This document shows, one piece after another, positions 29,533 through 40,292 of a stretch of DNA of 64,000 nt. The first letter of the stretch is position 1, and the number at the start of each line of letters is the position of its first letter. This stretch comes from Candidatus Dojkabacteria bacterium (GTDB lineage: Bacteria > Patescibacteriota > Dojkabacteria > SC72). The DNA lies in NCBI GenBank assembly GCA_050950145.1, contig JBMNHB010000001.1, positions 556,820-620,819 of the forward strand, given 5' to 3'. The notes under the pieces were generated by a model. It searched no databases. It worked only from the letters and a program-made list of their open reading frames with translations, and was not told where the DNA came from. A program made the translations under genes and the position numbers.

Positions 29533-31036
29533 TCTTATACATCTTCTCTATATCAAACATCCCCTTACCGTTAGAGAGCCTATTCTCTGTCATTGCATAC
29601 ATAGTTATTAGCTTGTCTCCCTTTTTAACTGTGTCACCAGGCATCTTGTGTATATATATTCCAGCTTCCTTTACCTTAGGATTACCTAGTGCTCTTGCAA
29701 TACTTACTAGTGCTGTATTATCTATACCACTTACAACTCCATTCCTATCAGAGAGCATATCAGCTGAATATTTTCCACTCTTTATCTCAGAAGAATGGAC
29801 CTCTTTAGTCGCTCCCTGTGCAAACGCTATCTCCCAGAATTTCCTAAGAGCTTTCTTTTCATTTAGTATATTTAGAGCAAATTTCTTACCCTGACCTTTC
29901 TGTACTGTATCAGTCATCTCAAAAATCATACCTGCCATATCCAATATCACCTTTTCTAATTCCACACTCCTTTCCTCATCTCTCTCTAACATCTTTAAAG
30001 CTTCCCTAATCTCAGCATTAGGTCCTATACACCTTCCATCCGGACCTTTAATCAATCTCTTAATCGTTTCACAGTGGATGCCGAATTTTTTGAATAGTTT
30101 CCTGAATTCCCTATCAAGCATAGAAACATCATCAACTCTCTCAACCTTTGAACCTTTACCATATGGAAGATCTATGAGGATATGTGTAATACCCATTGAA
30201 ATTTTCTTAGCAACAATACTAACTAAAACTTTCTGGAACTCCTGAATTCTAAGAGATCTTTCAACATTAATAATTACATCATCAGCAGGTGAAAGTTCTA
30301 ATGAACCACCCCAGAACATACAACCTCCTGTCTTCTTAACAACCTCATATACTTTCTCCTTTGTAAGAGATACTGGCATTACTACCTCCAAAATGTCTGT
30401 AGTACCAGCAGGTGATGTAATAGCTCTAGTTGATGTATTTGGAACAATCAAACCACCAGAGACAAGTATTGGAATTAATGTGGGTGTAATTGCTTTACCA
30501 GCCACACCACCAATGGAGTGCTTATCTGCAATAATCTCCTCACCTGGACGAATGTTCTTAAAATCCATACTATCTCCTGATTCGGCCATACCCTTCGTCA
30601 TCCAATATATCTCATCATCATTAAAACCTGGATTGAAAAATGTTGAAACAAAAAATGCAATCTCTGTCTCCCTCAGTTTCCTAGTACCAATATCTTTCAT
30701 AATAGATTCTAGATCCTCCTTAGAAAGAGGTTGGCCTAACAACTTCCTACTGATTGCATCCAGAGACCTACTTGACTCTGGAATATCCACAAAAATTGAG
30801 GATCCATTTGGTATATCATACGCCTTCCAAATCTCTTCAAACAACCCTATCTGTCCTTCAGGAACTTTTGAGTCTGTTTCCATCACATCAGCATAGAGTT
30901 CTATCTCTCCAAAACCAACCATTATATTCTCTCCCTCTCTTACACCTATTCGTTCAGCATCCTTTCTATTTAACACCACATTAAAATCATCATCCTCTCC
31001 CAAATCTAGATTATGACCAATTAAGTAGGCACCCAT
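29525..31036 (-). CDS. deoA: AMP phosphorylase (archaeal-type thymidine phosphorylase family)
   Basis: N-terminal beta-barrel extension, DKHSIGGV, RAITSPAGT.D, SPADD, KK. Confidence 0.9.
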   Translation of the reverse strand: MGAYLIGHNLDLGEDDDFNVVLNRKDAERIGVREGENIMVGFGEIELYADVMETDSKVPEGQIGLFEEIWKAYDIPNGSSIFVDIPESSRSLDAISRKLLGQPLSKEDLESIMKDIGTRKLRETEIAFFVSTFFNPGFNDDEIYWMTKGMAESGDSMDFKNIRPGEEIIADKHSIGGVAGKAITPTLIPILVSGGLIVPNTSTRAITSPAGTTDILEVVMPVSLTKEKVYEVVKKTGGCMFWGGSLELSPADDVIINVERSLRIQEFQKVLVSIVAKKISMGITHILIDLPYGKGSKVERVDDVSMLDREFRKLFKKFGIHCETIKRLIKGPDGRCIGPNAEIREALKMLERDEERSVELEKVILDMAGMIFEMTDTVQKGQGKKFALNILNEKKALRKFWEIAFAQGATKEVHSSEIKSGKYSADMLSDRNGVVSGIDNTALVSIARALGNPKVKEAGIYIHKMPGDTVKKGDKLITMYAMTENRLSNGKGMFDIEKMYKIK

Positions 31037-31053
31037 AAAAGTTGTATTAAAAA

Positions 31054-32001
31054 TTAATTATCAAAAATCCATGAATAGTGCTCTTTCGCAAGAGAACCAA
31101 CATTACTAGGTAGAACCATTCCGAATTCTGTTAAATAACCAGTTATTAACGATTTATCTACAATCTCAAAAGCAGGATTATACATATGCAAACCTTTAGG
31201 AGCATCCTCCCATAATTCCTTTGACTCTCTAACCTCAATCTTTACTGATTCAAAGAATGAAGTAGGATCTACTTTTAGTAGAGGAGTGACAACATAGAGA
31301 GGTTTACCTGCATAATATGCTGCTATCGCTATACCCCAACTTCCTATCTTATTAATCGTATGACCCTCTGCAGTAATCTGATCACAACCAATAAATACTG
31401 CATCCACCGGAACACTCCCCCTATTTATTGCAAATGACTCTGCTGCACTATCCGCTATCAATGTTGTTTTTACACCCCCTTCTAGTAAACTTTTCGCTGT
31501 CTTTCTCCCTTGTAATCTAGGTCTAGTTTCCGTACACACAACTTCAAAATCTCTATCTCCTTTCCCAATTGATTTAATTAATGATACAGCTGTAGATGAA
31601 TGACAATGTGTTAGAACTTTATCAATATTTGTTAAATTTTTTGTGTTCTTTTCAATAATGTTCCGCTTACTCTCAGCTATGAGATCAAGATATTCATCAC
31701 AGAGTCTTGTAAACTCCTGTTTCATGACCGAAAGCTCTGGTAAAACAGAATATTTCTGTCCGAAAAAATGTTTAATATATGTTACACCGTTTCTCGCCAA
31801 AGGCTCATTATCCCTTGCATGTGCCAGAGCATCCCCTATCTCAAATAATTCATGTAAGAACTCCTTACTATCCTTAACCTTACTTAATTCAATATATAGC
31901 TTCATACCCTCAAAGGTAGAAATCGCTACATTGGTAGCACCCTGAATGTTCAACTTTTGTATATCATTATATATTTTGTCAATTGCAGGATATTTCTCCA
32001 T
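31054..32001 (-). CDS. Ribose-1,5-bisphosphate isomerase (eIF-2B-like)
   Basis: IQGA, THCHSS (catalytic Cys), ETRP, GCD, NKIG, NPAF. Confidence 0.88.
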   Translation of the reverse strand: MEKYPAIDKIYNDIQKLNIQGATNVAISTFEGMKLYIELSKVKDSKEFLHELFEIGDALAHARDNEPLARNGVTYIKHFFGQKYSVLPELSVMKQEFTRLCDEYLDLIAESKRNIIEKNTKNLTNIDKVLTHCHSSTAVSLIKSIGKGDRDFEVVCTETRPRLQGRKTAKSLLEGGVKTTLIADSAAESFAINRGSVPVDAVFIGCDQITAEGHTINKIGSWGIAIAAYYAGKPLYVVTPLLKVDPTSFFESVKIEVRESKELWEDAPKGLHMYNPAFEIVDKSLITGYLTEFGMVLPSNVGSLAKEHYSWIFDN

Positions 32002-32008
32002 ATATTTC

Positions 32009-33397
32009 TTACTCTAATTTTACTTCCTCCATATGTTCTGGGATATATATATCTTTATGTATTTCTTCCTTAAGATTCTGTGCAAAATCATTAATTATCT
32101 CAGGATCTCCATGTACTAAAAATACCTGTCTTGGTGTATGACCAAAGCCTCTTAACCAGTATCTTAAATCTCTTTGATCCCCATGACCAGAAAACCCATT
32201 CAATGTAAATAACTTCGCATTATTCTGATAATCCTGTCCCATTATTTTTACAACCTTCTCTTTATCTACAAATCTTCTTCCTAGAGTCCCCGCTACTTGA
32301 TAACCAACAATTACTAAATGCGTTGTTGGATTCTCAATATTATTCTTTAGGTGATGTAGTATTCTTCCTCCTGTACACATTCCACTTCCTGCGATAATGA
32401 CAACACCTTTCTTCGTTACCAACCTCTTAGATTCTTCTGTAGATTCAATTTTTGTTAGGCCTGGGAAATCAAATGGATCATCTCCTTTCTGAATTAATCT
32501 CTTAGCATCTTCGTCGTAAAAATCAGGATATTGCCTAAATATCTCTGTAGCTCTACTTGCCATTGGACTATCTAGATATACAGGTAAGTCAGAAATTAAT
32601 TTGTTTTCAATAAAGAGGTTTAACTCATACAGAATCTCCTGAGTCCTCTCTATTGCAAAGGAGGGTATCAAAACATTACCTCCTTCTCTTTGAGCACTCT
32701 GAAGAGCTGCAAGGAGCTCTAGGACAGTCTCATTTCTATCCTTGTGCAATCTATTACCATATGTTGACTCACAGATAACATAGTCAGCATCTCTAATCAA
32801 ATCAGGATCATTAACTATCCTTGCACCTGGCTGACCCAAATCCCCAGAAAACACCAACTTTCTTAATCTATCAGCACTGTTCTTTATCCATAATTCTATA
32901 ATCGCAGAACCAAGTATATGACCTGAATCTCTTAATCTAAACTCACAATCAGGAGATAGATTAACAGATGTACCATATGGATACACCTCAAAATATTTCA
33001 TACACTCTTCTACATCTTGTTCTGTAAAAAGTGGTTTCCTCATCTCCTCCATCTTTGCTTTCACTTCCCATCTCTTAGACTCCTCTTCCTGAAGATTAGC
33101 AGAATCCAAAAGAATTACTTTAGCCAAATCCCTAGTTGGTTGTGTACATATTATTCTTCCCTTAAACCCTTGCTTTACCAAAACAGGTATTCTTCCACAG
33201 TGATCAAAGTGAGCATGTGTAAGAAATACAAAATCAATATCAGCAGGATTAAAAGGAAACGGTTCATAATTCCTATCTTCAAGTTCTTCCGGACCTTGAA
33301 AAGCACCACAATCTACCAAGAATTTAAGGTTATCCGTCTTAACAAAAAAACATGAGCCTGTTACAGTTTTTGCACCACCTAGAAACTGTATAGTCAT
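32009..33397 (-). CDS. MBL-fold beta-CASP ribonuclease
   Basis: VTGS, THAHFDH, GHILGS, ESTYG, FSGHGD, LVHG; start reassigned to MTIQF. Confidence 0.9.
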   Translation of the reverse strand: MTIQFLGGAKTVTGSCFFVKTDNLKFLVDCGAFQGPEELEDRNYEPFPFNPADIDFVFLTHAHFDHCGRIPVLVKQGFKGRIICTQPTRDLAKVILLDSANLQEEESKRWEVKAKMEEMRKPLFTEQDVEECMKYFEVYPYGTSVNLSPDCEFRLRDSGHILGSAIIELWIKNSADRLRKLVFSGDLGQPGARIVNDPDLIRDADYVICESTYGNRLHKDRNETVLELLAALQSAQREGGNVLIPSFAIERTQEILYELNLFIENKLISDLPVYLDSPMASRATEIFRQYPDFYDEDAKRLIQKGDDPFDFPGLTKIESTEESKRLVTKKGVVIIAGSGMCTGGRILHHLKNNIENPTTHLVIVGYQVAGTLGRRFVDKEKVVKIMGQDYQNNAKLFTLNGFSGHGDQRDLRYWLRGFGHTPRQVFLVHGDPEIINDFAQNLKEEIHKDIYIPEHMEEVKLE

Positions 33398-33464
33398 CAA
33401 GTATGAGCAGTTAAAATAATCTACACTACATATTACATTAGATAGAAACATTCATCAAGACAAA

Positions 33465-33541
33465 CAGACCTGGTCTGTAGATTTATCCGTATCAGTAAAG
33501 GACAGAAGGGCTGTTTTTTGGTTTTTTAATCTTCCTATAGG
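33465..33541 (+). repeat. 80-bp element, copy 5
   Basis: Palindrome 33465-33477; CTATAGG at 33535 (offset 70), abutting the dut stop. Confidence 0.85.
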
Positions 33542-33970
33542 TCATTTACCTGTTGAACCAAAACCACCATCTCCTCTCTCTGTTTCTTCTAATTGTTCTA
33601 CTACTTCAAGATTATCTTTAAGAGACAAACATGGGACAATAACTATCTGTGAAAATCTTTCACCATCTGTAAGAATAATATCTTCTGTAGAAGTATTTAC
33701 TACCTGAGCTATAATCTCACCTCTGTAATCACTATCTATAACTCCCACGGAGTTCTTTAACATCAAACCTTTCTTACCAAAAGAAGACCTTACAAAAAGC
33801 AAACCTACATATCCTTTTGGTATCTCTAGATATACTCCTGTATAAACCTCTGTACTCTCTGATGGTTTAATTACTATTGATTTATCTGCCTTTACTTTTA
33901 AATCCGCCCCAGCAGAAAACTCTGTTTTTACCTCTGGAATATACTTTGAATCATCCACTCTAATTCTCAT
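33542..33970 (-). CDS. dut: dUTP diphosphatase
   Basis: AGADL, RSS, GVIDSDYRGE, RGDGGFGSTG. Confidence 0.97.
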   Translation of the reverse strand: MRIRVDDSKYIPEVKTEFSAGADLKVKADKSIVIKPSESTEVYTGVYLEIPKGYVGLLFVRSSFGKKGLMLKNSVGVIDSDYRGEIIAQVVNTSTEDIILTDGERFSQIVIVPCLSLKDNLEVVEQLEETERGDGGFGSTGK

Positions 33971-35384
33971 TTATCTCCTTAACAATCTTAGATAATTTCT
34001 CTTTTGTATTAAGCATAGGATCATCAAGGACTCTTTCTAAAAGTTCTCTAAGAACCTCACCCATCTTAGGTCCTTTCTCTACCCCTAATTTCTCTAAATC
34101 CTTTCCTGTAATATTTAAATCTGTTACTTTTAGTGCCATATCTTGATGTCTAACATCAGATATCCTTTTTTGTAAAACTGTAATCTCATCAGGTTTAAAA
34201 GATGTGAAAGGATTAGATTGGGCATCCGCCATTCTAAGCTTAAACAAATCATCAATATTCTCCTCTCCTACCCTCTGTATGAATCTTCTAACAGCAGAAT
34301 CAGACCATTTATGCAACTCAATATTCTTTTTTTCTTCTTCACTCATACCCTCTTCAATATGAGGATAGTAGAACATATGATTAAGAATTAATTTCTTTGT
34401 CCTTTCTATCTCACTCTTTGGAAATTTCATTCTTTTCATAATCTGCTCTGCCATATCAGCACCCATTTTGTCATGACCATAGAAATGACCATTGCCCATA
34501 TCTGTCCTTGGTTTTGCAATATCATGAAGAAGTGCAGCCAATTTAACTGAATCCTCAGCAGCATCACATGTCTTTATCGCATGATAGTACACATCATCTG
34601 CATGAAAAAGTTTCTGTTCAACTCCTACTCCCTCCGTCAGTTCTGGCATGAAGATTTGTAAGAGACCTGTCTCTCTCATTAATTCAATACCTACAGAAGG
34701 CTTGGGAGAATTAAGAAGCATTTTCATAAACTCATCACGAATTCTTTCCATTGAAATATTTTCAGCAACTGCCTTAGACTCTTTAATTGCTTCAAATGTC
34801 TGTTCTTCAATTGTAAATCCTAACTGAGCAGCCATTCTACATGCCTTAAAAGATCTCAAACCATCTTCCTTAAACCTCTCAAGCGGTGTACCTACTGCCC
34901 TAACAACTTTCTTCTTAATATCCCCTATTCCATCAAAAGGATCATATATCTCAACCTCTTTTAATTCTTTCCCATCATCTAAGTCTAACTTAGAAAGATC
35001 CACAGCCATTGCATTAAATGTAAAATCTCTCCTACCCAAGTCTTTATCTATCTCATCAACAAACTTAACTGATGAAGGCCATCTACCATCAATATATCCT
35101 GCCTCACTTCTAAATGTAGTTGTTTCAACCTCATAAGTTTCTCCATGTTCATCCTGAACAAGAACAATTACAGTACCAAACTTAGCTCCTGTTGATATTG
35201 ATTTTGGAAACATATTTAACATCTCATCAGGTAGAGCATTAGTTGCCAGGTCATAGTCATGTGGTTTTCTACCAAGGACAATATCCCTAACAGCACCTCC
35301 TACAAGGTAACACTCATACCCCTCTTTTATGAGAATCCTTGCTACTTTTTGTACATAATTTGGTAAATGAATAGTTACTTTCAT
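33960..35384 (-). CDS. cca: CCA tRNA nucleotidyltransferase with HD domain
   Basis: VGGAVRD, DYD, RRDFTFNA, ERIRDE, LLHDIAK. Confidence 0.9.
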   Translation of the reverse strand: MKVTIHLPNYVQKVARILIKEGYECYLVGGAVRDIVLGRKPHDYDLATNALPDEMLNMFPKSISTGAKFGTVIVLVQDEHGETYEVETTTFRSEAGYIDGRWPSSVKFVDEIDKDLGRRDFTFNAMAVDLSKLDLDDGKELKEVEIYDPFDGIGDIKKKVVRAVGTPLERFKEDGLRSFKACRMAAQLGFTIEEQTFEAIKESKAVAENISMERIRDEFMKMLLNSPKPSVGIELMRETGLLQIFMPELTEGVGVEQKLFHADDVYYHAIKTCDAAEDSVKLAALLHDIAKPRTDMGNGHFYGHDKMGADMAEQIMKRMKFPKSEIERTKKLILNHMFYYPHIEEGMSEEEKKNIELHKWSDSAVRRFIQRVGEENIDDLFKLRMADAQSNPFTSFKPDEITVLQKRISDVRHQDMALKVTDLNITGKDLEKLGVEKGPKMGEVLRELLERVLDDPMLNTKEKLSKIVKEINEN

Positions 35385-36606
35385 ACTTTTTCTTTCTTAA
35401 AACAGAATACCAAAGAAAGAGATCTACAACAAGAAGCATTACACCACAAGTAAGAATACTAAAATCAATATTACCTGTCTTAGGTAGTTCTACAAGAGTA
35501 TCTGTAACACCCAATACTACCCCTTCTTTTTCTGTTTTAATATCTTCCTTCTCTTCTACTTCTTCTGATTCAACATCATCAATCATTAGCTCTTCTTCAG
35601 ATTCTCTCTCTATCCTAATATTCTCTGATGTAAAAATATATGGATTTCTCTGCATACAGAAACTCTCTTGAGATGGCCCCATACTTCCTCCAGCAACCCA
35701 ACCACCATCTTCTCGTTTTGAGAACACAGATATTGATTCAACAGAGAAGGTATTACTAAAATTATTCCCAAGTACAGTGCATTTTCTAGCAACATTATTA
35801 TCCTTTATAACAAAACTACCTAAATCACCATCTTCAAACTCCCCACTAAGTTGGTATTTAACCAAATATTCTTGTTTTCCTTGCAGATTTAAAATCTCTT
35901 TAAAAGAACCATGTTCAAAAGAAATACCATTGTATGGATAGCTAGTAGTATTCTTTACTAAAACCGTAATCTCTACTCCACCTTCAATTCCTTTTACTTC
36001 TGGTTTGGATATCTCTAAGGGTAACTTAATATGGAATCTATCTAAAACAAAACTACCTTTAGCATCAACAGGTATATCTTCTAATCCTGAATATCTTCTA
36101 AAAATACCTTTACGAGTAAACCACTTACCAGAAGAATACAAATTAATTGGTTCTAGGGAAAACTCTTCACTAGTAAAGTTCCCAAATTCTGTTAAATATC
36201 CCAAAAATGAAATATGCCCTCTTGAGTATGCCACAGCTATCTCTTGGATATTAATAGGATGGCTACTTTCATTCCAATAGTGATACAAAACATCTACTGT
36301 CATACCTGGTGGTAAAGCTATATATGTACCTTTACTGTTAATTCTCCTCTTAACACTATCTTGAAACAGAGAAGCTACATCTATATCAAAGAGTTCATAG
36401 GAGGATGTAGCTACAACATCAAAAGGTGAATATGTTATCACTCCATTCTCTACTACTATTTTCTCAGGTAACTCTTCACCTAAAGCATATGATATTGTAC
36501 TGTAAAAACTATTCTGACTAATATCTCCACTATCACTAAAATCATCAGCAAACACAGGAGATGCTAAAAAGAAAAAGAACAGAAAGAAAGGAAGTATTTT
36601 CTTCAT
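35314..36606 (-). CDS. Secreted protein with LPxTG-type anchor
   Basis: Signal peptide; LPKTG, then TM and basic tail. Confidence 0.7.
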   Translation of the reverse strand: MKKILPFFLFFFFLASPVFADDFSDSGDISQNSFYSTISYALGEELPEKIVVENGVITYSPFDVVATSSYELFDIDVASLFQDSVKRRINSKGTYIALPPGMTVDVLYHYWNESSHPINIQEIAVAYSRGHISFLGYLTEFGNFTSEEFSLEPINLYSSGKWFTRKGIFRRYSGLEDIPVDAKGSFVLDRFHIKLPLEISKPEVKGIEGGVEITVLVKNTTSYPYNGISFEHGSFKEILNLQGKQEYLVKYQLSGEFEDGDLGSFVIKDNNVARKCTVLGNNFSNTFSVESISVFSKREDGGWVAGGSMGPSQESFCMQRNPYIFTSENIRIERESEEELMIDDVESEEVEEKEDIKTEKEGVVLGVTDTLVELPKTGNIDFSILTCGVMLLVVDLFLWYSVLRKKKYESNYSFTKLCTKSSKDSHKRGV

Positions 36607-36668
36607 ATTTAAATATCTCTAAAGTTATATAGAGATATGATACATTGGAGATATTAAATCTAGATTAA

Positions 36669-38312
36669 CTAGGAATGTTTTTCTGGAAGTTCTTCTTTAC
36701 GTACTTTTTCAGTAACATAGAAATTTCTTTTAAACTGCCCCTTGCCCAACATCATCTCTGTGATCGCCTGTATATGAGGAATGAAGTTAAATGTAAGCAT
36801 ATTTACAGAGATTAGATATGTTTCTGCAATATCCAAAAGATTTCTCCACCATTTCCATCCTTTGGGAATGGGAGAGATCTTTCTTCTTAAGTAAACAGTA
36901 AACACATTAGTTAACATTGCTACTGTAAATACAATACTCAATATCCTTGGTAGATTAAAAGAGAATACCGTGTACTTAAACTCTGGGTTAAGTGTAGAAA
37001 TAATCATAAGACCAAATGTCAAAACAAAAACAACTGTAAAAAGCCACATCTGTTCTACAATTGATTTAATCATAGTGGCTCTCTTAAATGCAGATATCCC
37101 ACTACCCTTTCTTAATATTACAGAGAGGGTGATTGGGAATGGAATCTTCCCCCAACCCCATCTGTACTGTTGTTTGTAGAAAGAAACATGTGTACTTACA
37201 TAATCTTTGTTTTCAACAGCATCATTATATGTTGGAACATATACCTCTTGTCCCTTAAATGTTCCTTTACTTCTTACCATGGCGTTCCAGTAAAAAGCAG
37301 TATCATCATTAGGGATTTCAGGATCCCAGAATTCAAATTTCTTAAGTGTATTAAGGTTAACAACATATGATGAAAATGTATCCCTAGTATATATCTCCTC
37401 TTTTCTAAAAAGTGATTTAACTGACCTTTCCACTACCCAAGTGTAAAGAATTGCAAGAGTTGTCATTGTTGAGAAGACTCTAATCAGAGATGGCACACTC
37501 CACAGATTATTATTAAATGTATGTACTGCAGAGGTATAGAAAGAGTTCTCTGGATCCTCTGTTGTTAAGTATCTGTAAACAACAGAAGATAAATATTTAG
37601 GATGTGGTCTTAGGTCTGAATCACATGTAATGAGAAGATAATCATGTAAATCTTTACCTTCCTCTTCAAGTTTCTTTACAAAATTTCTAGCAGCAAAATT
37701 AATATTTGCTCCTTTTACACCTGCTATCTCCCCCTCTATACCAAAAGGATGAACATAGTAAGTCATACTGCCAAATTTATCTCCATATTTCTCTTTTAAT
37801 TTCGCAAAGTTTTCTTTCTGTAAATCCGCTTTTTTCTCTTCCATAGCCATCACAACATCTATCTTCTTAGTATCAATATCACTACTTGACCAAGCATCAA
37901 AGGAAGGATCAAGAATACTAAACTCCTCTCCATATACAGGACACAGGTATATGAATCTCATCTTTTCATATCTTGGATCTTTTAATTCCTCTATCTCCTT
38001 AATCCAATCAGTTGTAATTGCTTCATTCATTCTCCTAACTCCGATATTGATACCTATGACAAATTTCACAGCCCTAAAAAACCAGTATGAAACAAGAAAA
38101 GCCATATATACTACATATGCTGTATCCCACCTAAGCAACGCAAATACAAAAGGTATCAAAAAAAGAGACCAAAAAACCAACCCTGGTATTGTTTCAAAAA
38201 GTCGTTTCTGCCAATGAGGTAAATCAACAGGAAATCCTAAATATCTGTCTTTTGGTCTATATGTCTTTTTTCGTAAGTCTTCTTTCTGTTCCATCTCTCT
38301 GTATTCTACCAC
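36669..38312 (-). CDS. Membrane glycosyltransferase, family 2
   Basis: KGANIN, DSD, DD, QQYRWGWG (QxxRW). Confidence 0.85.
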   Translation of the reverse strand: MVEYREMEQKEDLRKKTYRPKDRYLGFPVDLPHWQKRLFETIPGLVFWSLFLIPFVFALLRWDTAYVVYMAFLVSYWFFRAVKFVIGINIGVRRMNEAITTDWIKEIEELKDPRYEKMRFIYLCPVYGEEFSILDPSFDAWSSSDIDTKKIDVVMAMEEKKADLQKENFAKLKEKYGDKFGSMTYYVHPFGIEGEIAGVKGANINFAARNFVKKLEEEGKDLHDYLLITCDSDLRPHPKYLSSVVYRYLTTEDPENSFYTSAVHTFNNNLWSVPSLIRVFSTMTTLAILYTWVVERSVKSLFRKEEIYTRDTFSSYVVNLNTLKKFEFWDPEIPNDDTAFYWNAMVRSKGTFKGQEVYVPTYNDAVENKDYVSTHVSFYKQQYRWGWGKIPFPITLSVILRKGSGISAFKRATMIKSIVEQMWLFTVVFVLTFGLMIISTLNPEFKYTVFSFNLPRILSIVFTVAMLTNVFTVYLRRKISPIPKGWKWWRNLLDIAETYLISVNMLTFNFIPHIQAITEMMLGKGQFKRNFYVTEKVRKEELPEKHS

Positions 38313-39220
38313 TATTCAAACAATTTTTCTGGATATACGCCATCATCTACTAAATCTCGTAGCTTCTCTCTTACTATTGGACCATCTTCTTTGTATGTTA
38401 CTCCAAACCATTTACTATCACTCTGTAAAACCTTAAATTCTACTTCTTTATTAAAAATCATATTATCAAATATTGTAGGAAGAAGGAATTCATCTGTAAG
38501 AGAATCAGGATGTTCCTTTAGAAATTTTTCAAATTTTTCTTCAAGAGTAGTAAATACTGAAGGATGTACTTCAAACATGTTCATGGATATGAAATCATCA
38601 TCTTTTAATTCAACTTTTTCACCATTTAATCTCTCTCCATATATTTTCCCATCTTCTTCTCTCTTTATCTCAAACAATTCTTCAATACTTTCTAAATATC
38701 CATCTTTCTCTTTACATAATCCTCTTTTAACAGTACCATTTTCACTAAGTACATTCTTTAGTTTGTAAGTAGTAATACCATATGTTTTTTCACTACACTC
38801 TTCTTTAAGAAATTTGGCAGAAACTCTAAAAGCATCACTACCATAGAAATCATCTCCATTTATAATAAGTGTAGGTTCTTTAATAGCATCTTTACCCATT
38901 AGAAGTGCATGACCTGTACCCCAAGGTTTTACTCTTTCAGGATTAAGTTTGTACCAACTTGGTAATTTATCTACTGATTGAAATACATACTGTAAATCAA
39001 TTCTATCTTTGTACCTTGTCATAAACATTTCATTGAAAATCTCTTCCATATCAGGTCTGATTACAAAAACAACCTTCTCAAAACCTGCATTAATTGCATC
39101 ATATATTGAATAATCTATGAGTGTTTCTCCACTGGGACCAAAGCCTTCCATCTGCTTAAGACCACCATATCTACTACCCATACCAGCAGCAAGTACAAAA
39201 AGGGAAATATTTTTATTCAT
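38312..39220 (-). CDS. Sugar-phosphate nucleotidyltransferase
   Basis: LAAGMGSRYGGLKQ, KPWGTGHA, NGDDFYG, WFGVTY; true start lies downstream of tRNA-Ser. Confidence 0.9.
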   Translation of the reverse strand: MNKNISLFVLAAGMGSRYGGLKQMEGFGPSGETLIDYSIYDAINAGFEKVVFVIRPDMEEIFNEMFMTRYKDRIDLQYVFQSVDKLPSWYKLNPERVKPWGTGHALLMGKDAIKEPTLIINGDDFYGSDAFRVSAKFLKEECSEKTYGITTYKLKNVLSENGTVKRGLCKEKDGYLESIEELFEIKREEDGKIYGERLNGEKVELKDDDFISMNMFEVHPSVFTTLEEKFEKFLKEHPDSLTDEFLLPTIFDNMIFNKEVEFKVLQSDSKWFGVTYKEDGPIVREKLRDLVDDGVYPEKLFE

Positions 39221-39246
39221 AATGCGTATATGTATAACATTATTTA

Positions 39247-39336
39247 TGGCGGAGAGAGTGGGATTCGAACCCACGGTACAGAAGACTGTACAACGGTTTT
39301 CAAGACCGTCTCTTTCGACCACTCAGACATCTCTCC
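39247..39336 (-). tRNA. tRNA-Ser(TGA)
   Basis: GGAGAGA acceptor, anticodon arm ACGGT-CT-TGA-AA-ACCGT, long variable arm, encoded CCA. Confidence 0.95.
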
Positions 39337-39365
39337 TGATAATTAGTATTATACCAAAAATATCG

Positions 39366-40292
39366 CTAACCCCATATATTCTTCACAACACTCTCTAATG
39401 TAGGCTCTTCAATATCAATATCTTCTACATCAAACTTATCTATCAAAACCTTAGTAACTTCCTTTATCTTCCCTCTATCTACCAACATTAATCCTGTTGT
39501 TCCATTAAACTCAAGTACCTTACCCAACCCTGAAATTTCTTTCTCCTGATGTACTTCAGGTAATACAAAATGAACAAATTTCTCCTTCACAAATTTCTCT
39601 GTTAATTCAGACAATCTACCATCATACAAAATTTTACCCTTATCAATCATTATTACCCTCTTACAAAGGTTTTTAATATCCTCCATATTATGACTAGTAA
39701 GTATTACTGTTGCCTTCTTTCTCTTGTGATACTCCTCTAAAAAGTCTCTTAATCTCTGTTGAGAAACTACATCTAAACCTAATGTTGGTTCATCTAAAAA
39801 GAGTAATTCAGGACTATGAAGAAGTGATGCAATTAACTCACATTTCATTCTTTCACCTAGTGAAAGTTTTCTAACTGGTATTTGTATTAACTCCTCTACA
39901 CCTAATATTTTAACCATTTCATTGAGATTCTCTTCAAACTCCTTATCCTCTATCTGATATATCTCTTTGTTTAACAAAAATGTATCAATTGCAGGTAATT
40001 CCCACCATAACTGACTCTTGTTACCCATTACAAGTGAGATCCTCTCTAAGAAATCATAGTCTCTTTTTTGAGGAATATATCCCAATACTTCAACCTCCCC
40101 ACTATCCTGAACAAGTAAACCTGTTAAACACTTTAGTGTGGTTGTCTTACCTGCACCATTTTGACCAATGAAGCCTACAAATTCTTCTTTGTATATATCA
40201 AAAGAGATATCATTTACAGCCTTTATCTCTTTCTTACCAACCTGAAATGTTTTACTTAGGTTTTTTACTTGTATAGCTAGTTTTCGTTTCAT
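39366..40292 (-). CDS. ABC-2 type transporter ATP-binding protein
   Basis: GQNGAGKTT, LSLGE, LFLDEPT, SH. Confidence 0.92.
   Translation of the reverse strand: MKRKLAIQVKNLSKTFQVGKKEIKAVNDISFDIYKEEFVGFIGQNGAGKTTTLKCLTGLLVQDSGEVEVLGYIPQKRDYDFLERISLVMGNKSQLWWELPAIDTFLLNKEIYQIEDKEFEENLNEMVKILGVEELIQIPVRKLSLGERMKCELIASLLHSPELLFLDEPTLGLDVVSQQRLRDFLEEYHKRKKATVILTSHNMEDIKNLCKRVIMIDKGKILYDGRLSELTEKFVKEKFVHFVLPEVHQEKEISGLGKVLEFNGTTGLMLVDRGKIKEVTKVLIDKFDVEDIDIEEPTLESVVKNIWG

Noticed and set aside
39221-39322. N-terminal extension of ORF 38312-39322
   Set aside because: It overlaps tRNA-Ser; the real start is MNKNISLF at 39220
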